32,455 nt of DNA, from the IMG/VR virus record IMGVR_UViG_2531839532_000012, positions 1 through 32,455 of that record. One strand, given 5' to 3'. This document shows positions 26,177 through 32,455 of the stretch, in pieces. Source of the DNA: a virus (taxonomy: Duplodnaviria; Heunggongvirae; Uroviricota; Caudoviricetes). Position numbers and translations under genes: made by a program. Positions within the stretch are counted from its first letter, which is position 1; each line of letters begins with the position of its first letter. The notes beneath the pieces were generated by a model that saw nothing but the letters and a program-made list of their open reading frames with translations, had not been told where the DNA came from and made no database searches.

Positions 26177-26731
26177 GTGAATCGGCGCTTTTTTTAGCAT
26201 CACGTTCATTGAGTAGTGACAAAAACTCATTCTCAGCATTCTCGATTTCCGAGAAAAATTCTTGATGAGTTGTTTCTCGCTGCGATCTGATGCTGAAAGC
26301 TAAAGCAAGTAGCCAGGCTTTGTCTTTATTATCCATCGGAATACCTTATTACTGGTTGTGTGAGAACTCCAGTATACCACCGAGCCTGAAGTGGTAAAAA
26401 GACAGGCGCACAACACGAAGGCGCATTTCCGGTATTCATAAAGAGTCGGTCTTGTCTGTTAAATTTAAATGGTGGGAGTGCGCCTCCGGTTGTAAATAAC
26501 GACATTGCTATGTGTAGTCTTTGGCGGCATCAGTTCTACTCCGTGGCTGCCCTGTCGCCCCTTTTTAAAGTGAATTTTGTGATGCGGTGAATGCGGCTAA
26601 GCGCACGCGGCACAGTTAAAAGCATCAGTGTTATGGGTGGATTATCCGGCGTTAATTGTTAACTGGTTAACGTCACCTGGAGGCACCAGGCACCGCATCG
26701 ACAAAATTCATTTGTAAAAATGGAGATAATT

Positions 26732-26953
26732 ATGATTGCTCATCACTTCGGAACTGATGAAATACCACGTCAGTGTGTGACCCCTGGCGATTATGTTCTT
26801 CATGAAGGTCGGACATATATCGCCTCGGCAAACAATATTAAAAAGCGAAAACTTTATATTCGTAGCCTGACTACAAAAACATGCATTTCTGACTGCATGA
26901 TTAAAGTCTTCCTCGGTCGTGATGGTTTACCTGTAAAGGCGGAGTCATGGTAA
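26732..26953 (+). CDS. kilR: KilR, FtsZ-targeting cell-division inhibitor (73 aa)
   Basis: [29 protein letters not shown]... matches recalled Rac KilR. GGAG 7 nt upstream. Confidence 0.7.
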   Translation: MIAHHFGTDEIPRQCVTPGDYVLHEGRTYIASANNIKKRKLYIRSLTTKTCISDCMIKVFLGRDGLPVKAESW

Positions 26954-27123
26954 TGACTAAGAAAATAAAATGTGCTTATCACCTTTGCAATAAAGAAATT
27001 GAAGAAAGCAAAATCATTACAAGACCACTTCATTTCATGCGTGGAGTTATACCAACGACGGAAATGAAAAAATATTGTAGTGAAATCTGTGCCGAAAAAG
27101 ACCAGATGGCACACGAACTTTAA
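26953..27123 (+). CDS. ydaE: YdaE, small zinc-ribbon protein (56 aa)
   Basis: ATG overlaps the kilR stop (TAATG). Cys pairs CAYHLC...CSEIC. Matches recalled Rac YdaE. Confidence 0.7.
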   Translation: MTKKIKCAYHLCNKEIEESKIITRPLHFMRGVIPTTEMKKYCSEICAEKDQMAHEL

Positions 27124-27197
27124 TTAACTGACTATCCGAAACTGAATTTATGCCAGCAATGGCAGGGATTCGCTCAACCTTAATTAAGGAGAAAAAC

Positions 27198-27473
27198 ATG
27201 ATTACCAGTTATGAAGCCACTGTTGTTACTACTGATGACATTGTTCACGAAGTCAGCCTGGAAGGAAAGCGTATTGGCTACGTGATTAAAACAGAAAATA
27301 AAGAAGCCCCTTTCACTGTGGTTGATATCGACGGTCCATCAGGCAACGTTAAAACACTTAACGAAGGCGTCAAAAAAATGTGCCTAGTGCATATCGGAAA
27401 GAATCTGCCCGCAGAAAAAAAAGCCGAATTTCTGGCAACTCTGATTGCAATGAAATTAAAAGGTGAAATCTGA
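27198..27473 (+). CDS. racC: RacC (91 aa)
   Basis: AAGGAG then ATG. MITSYEATVVTTDDIVHEV... matches recalled Rac RacC. Confidence 0.7.
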   Translation: MITSYEATVVTTDDIVHEVSLEGKRIGYVIKTENKEAPFTVVDIDGPSGNVKTLNEGVKKMCLVHIGKNLPAEKKAEFLATLIAMKLKGEI

Positions 27474-27572
27474 AGAAATAGCCTGCGTATGACGCAGGCT
27501 ATGAACAGTGTGTATCCGGCAAGATTATTCACTGAACAAACGAATTTTAATCTGAGTTGAGGTTAAAAAACA

Positions 27573-30206
27573 ATGAGCACCGATAAACAAGTTTACCCAC
27601 TGTATTACGAAGCAAAAAATGACAAAGTAAGAAAACGTCTCGGTATTAAAGGCGGTTTTTACTGGGCTGAAGCGAAAAAATTATCCATTGCCATCTCCCG
27701 TGGTGCTGTTGCGATTGACGATGCTGGCTACGATGAAGATGACTTCAAAAAACCTGTTCGCGTCAATTTGCCCGTTGTTGATGACCTCCCGCCAGAAGGC
27801 GTATTTGATACGGAATTCTGCAACCGTTACGAAAAAGGCGGGGAAGATGGCATCACAATGGTATTTATCGCGCCCTCACCCTCTGCGCAGGGCAAACCAG
27901 CCAGCACTGACAACACCAATGTTAATGGCGAAGACATGACGGAGATTGAGGAGAATATGCTACTCCCGATTTCTGGCCAGGAGCTGCCCATTCGCTGGCT
28001 TGCTCAACACGGCAGCGAAAAACCGGTAACGCACGTTTCACGCGACGAACTCCAGGCATTACACATTGCACGGGCTGAGGAACTACCAGCTGTTACTGCC
28101 CTGGCTGTTTCCCACAAAACCAGCCTGCTCGATCCGCTGGAAATTCGCGATCTCCACAAACTGGTGCGTGATACTGACAGAGTTTTCCCTAATCCAGGCA
28201 ATTCAAGCCTGGGGCTGATGACTGCTTTTTTCGAAGCATACATGGACGCAGACTACACCGATCGCGGTCTGCTGACAAAAGAGTGGATGAAAGGAAATCG
28301 TGTTTCACGCATCACGCGCACGGCTTCCGGCGCTAATGCTGGCGGCGGGAACCTCACCGATCGCGGCGAAGGTTTCGTTCACGATCTGACGTCACTGGCG
28401 CGCGACGTAGCCACTGGCGTACTGGCCCGTTCAATGGACGTGGACATTTATAACCTTCATCCGGCACACGCTAAACGTGTCGAGGAAATTATCGCTGAAA
28501 ATAAACCGCCCTTTTCTGTTTTCCGCGACAAATTCATCACCATGCCTGGCGGGCTGGATTATTCCCGTGCCATCGTGGTTGCGTCCGTAAAAGAAGCACC
28601 AATTGGGATCGAGGTTATCCCCGCACACGTCACTGAATATCTGAACAAAGTACTGACTGAAACTGATCATGCCAACCCTGATCCAGAAATCGTGGATATT
28701 GCCTGCGGTCGTTCCTCTGCCCCGATGCCGCAGCGTGTAACAGAAGAAGAAAAACAGGATGATGAAGAAAAACTGCAACCATCTTGCGCAATGGCAGATG
28801 AACAGGCAACGGCTGAAACAGTGGAACCGGATGCAACTGAACATCATCAGGACCCGCAGCCGCTGGATGCTCAGTCACAGGTAAATTCTGTTGATGCGAA
28901 ATATCAGAAACTGCGGGCAGAACTCCATGAAGCCCGGAAAAACATTCCGCCCAAAAATCCTGTCGATGCAGACAAATTACTGGCTGCCTCTCGCGGAGAA
29001 TTTGTTGAAGGGATTAGCGACCCGAACGATCCGAAATGGGTTAAGGGGATCCAGACTCGCGATTCTGTGTACCAGAACCAGCCAGAAACGGAAAAAATCA
29101 GCCCGGATGCGAAACAACCTGAGCCAGTAGTGCAACAGGAACCGGAAATAGTCTGCAATGCCTGCGGTCAGACTGGCGGGGGTAACTGCCCTGACTGTGG
29201 TGCGGTGATGGGCGACGCAACATACCAGGAAACATTCGGTGAAGAGAATCAGGTTGAAGCTAAGGAAAAAGATCCGGAGGAAATGGAAGGCGCTGAACAT
29301 CCGCACAATGAGAATGCTGGCAGCGATCCGCATCGCGATTGCAGTGATGAAACTGGCGAAGTCGCAGATCCCGTAATCGTAGAAGACATAGAGCCAGGTA
29401 TTTATTACGGAATTTCGAATGAGAATTACCACGCGGGTCCCGGTGTCAGTAAGTCTCAGCTCGATGACATTGCTGATACTCCGGCACTGTATTTGTGGCG
29501 TAAAAATGCCCCCGTGGACACTACAAAGACAAAAACGCTCGATTTAGGAACCGCTTTCCACTGCCGGGTACTTGAACCGGAAGAATTCAGTAACCGCTTT
29601 ATCGTAGCACCTGAATTTAACCGCCGTACAAACGCCGGAAAAGAAGAAGAGAAAGCGTTTCTGATGGAATGCGCAAGCACAGGAAAAACGGTTATCACTG
29701 CGGAAGAAGGCCGGAAAATTGAACTCATGTATCAAAGCGTTATGGCTTTGCCGCTGGGGCAATGGCTTGTTGAAAGCGCCGGACACGCTGAATCATCAAT
29801 TTACTGGGAAGATCCGGAAACAGGAATTTTGTGTCGGTGCCGTCCGGACAAAATTATTCCTGAATTTCACTGGATCATGGACGTGAAAACCACAGCGGAT
29901 ATTCAACGATTCAAAACGGCTTATTACGACCACCGCTATCACGTTCAGGATGCATTCTACAGTGACGGTTATGAAGCACAGTTTGGCGTGCTGCCAACTT
30001 TCGTTTTTCTGGTTGCCAGCACAACTGTTGAATGCGGACGTTACCCGGTTGAGATTTTCATGATGGGCGAAGAAGCAAAACTGGCAGGCCAGCAGGAATA
30101 TCACCGCAATCTGAGGACCCTGGCTGACTGCCTGAATACCGATGAATGGCCAGCTATTAAAACGTTATCACTGCCCCGCTGGGCTAAGGAGTATGCAAAT
30201 GACTAA
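27573..30206 (+). CDS. recE: Exodeoxyribonuclease VIII, RecE (877 aa)
   Basis: Near-identity over long stretches to recalled K-12 RecE, including the C-terminal nuclease domain. Confidence 0.9.
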   Translation: MSTDKQVYPLYYEAKNDKVRKRLGIKGGFYWAEAKKLSIAISRGAVAIDDAGYDEDDFKKPVRVNLPVVDDLPPEGVFDTEFCNRYEKGGEDGITMVFIAPSPSAQGKPASTDNTNVNGEDMTEIEENMLLPISGQELPIRWLAQHGSEKPVTHVSRDELQALHIARAEELPAVTALAVSHKTSLLDPLEIRDLHKLVRDTDRVFPNPGNSSLGLMTAFFEAYMDADYTDRGLLTKEWMKGNRVSRITRTASGANAGGGNLTDRGEGFVHDLTSLARDVATGVLARSMDVDIYNLHPAHAKRVEEIIAENKPPFSVFRDKFITMPGGLDYSRAIVVASVKEAPIGIEVIPAHVTEYLNKVLTETDHANPDPEIVDIACGRSSAPMPQRVTEEEKQDDEEKLQPSCAMADEQATAETVEPDATEHHQDPQPLDAQSQVNSVDAKYQKLRAELHEARKNIPPKNPVDADKLLAASRGEFVEGISDPNDPKWVKGIQTRDSVYQNQPETEKISPDAKQPEPVVQQEPEIVCNACGQTGGGNCPDCGAVMGDATYQETFGEENQVEAKEKDPEEMEGAEHPHNENAGSDPHRDCSDETGEVADPVIVEDIEPGIYYGISNENYHAGPGVSKSQLDDIADTPALYLWRKNAPVDTTKTKTLDLGTAFHCRVLEPEEFSNRFIVAPEFNRRTNAGKEEEKAFLMECASTGKTVITAEEGRKIELMYQSVMALPLGQWLVESAGHAESSIYWEDPETGILCRCRPDKIIPEFHWIMDVKTTADIQRFKTAYYDHRYHVQDAFYSDGYEAQFGVLPTFVFLVASTTVECGRYPVEIFMMGEEAKLAGQQEYHRNLRTLADCLNTDEWPAIKTLSLPRWAKEYAND

Positions 30207-31008
30207 GCAACCACCTATCGCAAAAGCCGATCTGCAAAAAACCCAGGGAAACCGTGCACCAGCAGCAGTAAAAAATAACGACGTGATCAGCTTTATTAAT
30301 CAGCCATCAATGAAAGAGCAACTGGCAGCAGCTCTCCCACGCCATATGACGGCTGAACGAATGATACGTATCGCCACCACAGAAATTCGTAAGGTTCCGG
30401 CGCTAGGAAACTGTGACACCATGAGTTTTGTCAGTGCGATCGTTCAGTGTTCACAGCTCGGCCTTGAGCCAGGTAGCGCCCTCGGCCACGCATATTTACT
30501 GCCTTTTGGTAATAAAAACGAAAAGAGCGGTAAAAAGAACGTTCAGCTAATCATTGGTTATCGCGGCATGATTGATCTGGCTCGCCGTTCTGGTCAAATC
30601 GCCAGCCTGTCAGCCCGTGTTGTCCGTGAAGGTGACGAGTTTAGTTTTGAATTTGGCCTTGATGAAAAGTTAATACACCGCCCGGGAGAAAACGAAGATG
30701 CACCAGTGACCCACGTCTATGCTGTCGCAAGACTGAAAGACGGAGGGACTCAGTTTGAAGTTATGACGCGCAAACAGATTGAACTGGTGCGCAGCCAGAG
30801 TAAGGCTGGTAATAACGGGCCATGGGTAACTCACTGGGAAGAAATGGCAAAAAAAACGGCTATTCGTCGCCTGTTTAAATACCTGCCTGTCTCAATTGAA
30901 ATCCAGCGTGCAGTATCAATGGATGAAAAGGAACCACTGACAATCGATCCGGCAGACTCCTCTGTATTAACCGGGGAATACAGTGTAATCGATAATTCAG
31001 AAGAATAA
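30199..31008 (+). CDS. recT: Recombinase RecT, ssDNA annealing protein (269 aa)
   Basis: [26 protein letters not shown]... matches recalled RecT. Start overlaps the recE stop. Confidence 0.9.
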   Translation: MTKQPPIAKADLQKTQGNRAPAAVKNNDVISFINQPSMKEQLAAALPRHMTAERMIRIATTEIRKVPALGNCDTMSFVSAIVQCSQLGLEPGSALGHAYLLPFGNKNEKSGKKNVQLIIGYRGMIDLARRSGQIASLSARVVREGDEFSFEFGLDEKLIHRPGENEDAPVTHVYAVARLKDGGTQFEVMTRKQIELVRSQSKAGNNGPWVTHWEEMAKKTAIRRLFKYLPVSIEIQRAVSMDEKEPLTIDPADSSVLTGEYSVIDNSEE

Positions 31009-31064
31009 TTCAGCCTGGCGGTGTAATGCACCGCCAACGTGAGACAGTTTTTATGACAAAAATT

Positions 31065-31259
31065 ATGAGATATGACGATGTTAAACCATGTCCGTTTTGT
31101 GGTTGTCCATCTGTTACGGTGAAAGCAATTTCAGGATATTACCGGGCAAAATGCAACGGATGCGAATCCCGAACTGGCTATGGTGGAAGTGAAAAAGAAG
31201 CACTCGAAAGATGGAATAAACGAACTACTGGAAATAATAATGGAGGTGTTCATGTATAA
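31065..31259 (+). CDS. ralR: RalR/Lar-like restriction-alleviation protein / type I toxin (64 aa)
   Basis: MRYDDVKPCPFCGCPSVTVKAISGYYRAKCNGCESRTGYGG... zinc-finger-like Cys pairs. Matches recalled Rac RalR length and sequence. Confidence 0.55.
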   Translation: MRYDDVKPCPFCGCPSVTVKAISGYYRAKCNGCESRTGYGGSEKEALERWNKRTTGNNNGGVHV

Positions 31260-31440
31260 AATAACTGCCACTATTGAAAAAGAAGGTGGCACTCCTACTA
31301 ACTGGACAAGATATTCAAAATCTAAATTAACGAAATCAGAATGCGAAAAAATGCTCTCAGGGAAAAAAGAAGCAGGCGTGTCCAGAGAGCAGAAAGTAAA
31401 GCTGATAAATTTTAATTGCGAGAAACTTCTGTCCTCGTGA
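31252..31440 (+). CDS. YdaC-like small protein (62 aa)
   Basis: GGAGG 5 nt before an ATG that overlaps the ralR stop. MYKITATIEKEGGTPTNW.... Confidence 0.5.
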   Translation: MYKITATIEKEGGTPTNWTRYSKSKLTKSECEKMLSGKKEAGVSREQKVKLINFNCEKLLSS

Positions 31441-31546
31441 GTTGCATTATATACAAATTAGAACTTCATAGCTGATTATTAAAAATCAACCACACCCGCC
31501 AGTATTCTGTATATTTACTGGCGGTCATATCGTAAGAGGTATGGCA

Positions 31547-31828
31547 ATGAATCTTGTGACACTCAAAACGTGGGGAAAACTCAGATATCCGGATAACCCC
31601 CCATCAATATCAACGCTGAGACGATGGGCAAGGAATGGAAACATTTATCCTGCACCTGAACTACACGGGAGGAGTTACAGGGTGGTTCCGGAAGCTTTCT
31701 ATATCAACCCAAATAAGGTTGATACCGATATAACACACCATCAGCCTAATGGGCGACAAGGGAGAGACAGTCCGTTACTGGAGAAGTTAAAACATGCAGC
31801 GGAAAAAATACGATCCCAATTTGCCTAA
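31547..31828 (+). CDS. xis: Excisionase (Xis-like)
   Basis: MNLVTLKTWGKLRYPDNPPSISTLRRWARNGNIYPAPELHGRSYRV resembles lambda Xis. 3' end overlaps the int start. Confidence 0.55.
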   Translation: MNLVTLKTWGKLRYPDNPPSISTLRRWARNGNIYPAPELHGRSYRVVPEAFYINPNKVDTDITHHQPNGRQGRDSPLLEKLKHAAEKIRSQFA

Positions 31829-32080
31829 AAACTTAACATATCGAAGGAGGGACAAAGCATATTACTGGCGCAACCCTCTGACGAAAGAAGAATTTACACT
31901 AGGTAAAATTTCAAGAAGAGATGCAGTAGCGCAGGCAATTGAAGCAAATCATTATATATACAAAAACTACTCTCCTGCTGCCTTAATTGAAAAACTAAAA
32001 GGGTTCGACTCATTTACTATGGCAGACTGGATTGAACGTTACAAAACGATTCTTATAAGGAGAAAAGTGTCCAGAAATAC
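31794..32080 (+). pseudogene. int: Tyrosine integrase, N-terminal arm-binding domain only; truncated by IS1 after about 95 codons
   Basis: ...NLTYRRRDKAYYWRNPLTKEEFTLGKISRRDAVAQAIEAN aligns with the lambda Int N-terminus. The frame runs into the IS1 terminal repeat at 32081 and stops. Confidence 0.7.
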
Positions 32081-32455
32081 GGTAATGACTCCAACTTATT
32101 GATAGTGTTTTATGTTCAGATAATGCCCGATGACTTTGTCATGCAGCTCCACCGATTTTGAGAACGACAGCGACTTCCGTCCCAGCCGTGCCAGGTGCTG
32201 CCTCAGATTCAGGTTATGCCGCTCAATTCGCTGCGTATATCGCTTGCTGATTACGTGCAGCTTTCCCTTCAGGCGGGATTCATACAGCGGCCAGCCATCC
32301 GTCATCCATATCACCACGTCAAAGGGTGACAGCAGGCTCATAAGATGCCCCAGCGTCGCCATAGTGCGTTCACCGAATACGTGCGCAACAACCGTCTTCC
32401 GGAGCCTGTCATACGCGTAAAACAGCCAGCGCTGGCGCGATTTAGCCCCGACATA
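32081..32455 (-). mobile_element. IS1 insertion sequence (partial; continues beyond window end)
   Basis: Terminal inverted repeat GGTAATGACTCCAACTTATTGATAGTG at 32081, followed by the InsB coding sequence on the minus strand. Confidence 0.85.
32096..32455 (-). CDS. insB: IS1 transposase InsB (C-terminal part; 5' end outside window)
   Basis: ...[16 protein letters not shown]...[88 protein letters not shown]. Confidence 0.8.
   Translation of the reverse strand, partial: YVGAKSRQRWLFYAYDRLRKTVVAHVFGERTMATLGHLMSLLSPFDVVIWMTDGWPLYESRLKGKLHVISKRYTQRIERHNLNLRQHLARLGRKSLSFSKSVELHDKVIGHYLNIKHYQ

Noticed and set aside
27688-29432. ORFs in alternative frames within recE (for example 28431..28847, 28977..29432)
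   Set aside because: Contained within the recE coding region, whose own frame matches RecE nearly end to end.

Overview
The window holds a short chromosomal flank (yebW, pphA and a 3' stub of the sRNA sdsR) followed by about 31 kb of a defective Rac-like lambdoid prophage that appears inserted in the sdsR locus. Late genes run on the minus strand. From left to right: a Pin-type DNA invertase with a crossover site and an orphan alternative tail-fibre segment; an AT-rich island carrying an acyltransferase-3 gene split by a 9-copy heptanucleotide repeat; a tail-fibre gene; a head module (small and large terminase, portal, morphogenesis protein, scaffold/protease, major capsid) with no tail genes; small morons; a lysis cassette (holin, lambda R-type endolysin, Rz/Rz1); antiterminator Q with late promoter and terminator; nin-type genes; a hok/sok type I toxin-antitoxin locus; DnaC-like and O-like replication genes with palindromic candidate iterons; ydaT/cro-like and cI-like immunity genes with operators; kilR, ydaE, racC, recE, recT, ralR, ydaC-like, xis; and an integrase truncated by IS1 at the window edge. 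The most interesting signal is the heptamer-repeat acyltransferase, which looks like a slipped-strand phase-variation switch (currently OFF) sitting inside what appears to be a fossil invertible tail-fibre segment. All calls are from reading the sequence and recalled protein families; no database search was run, and coordinates of features not on the ORF track are approximate to about 2 bp.
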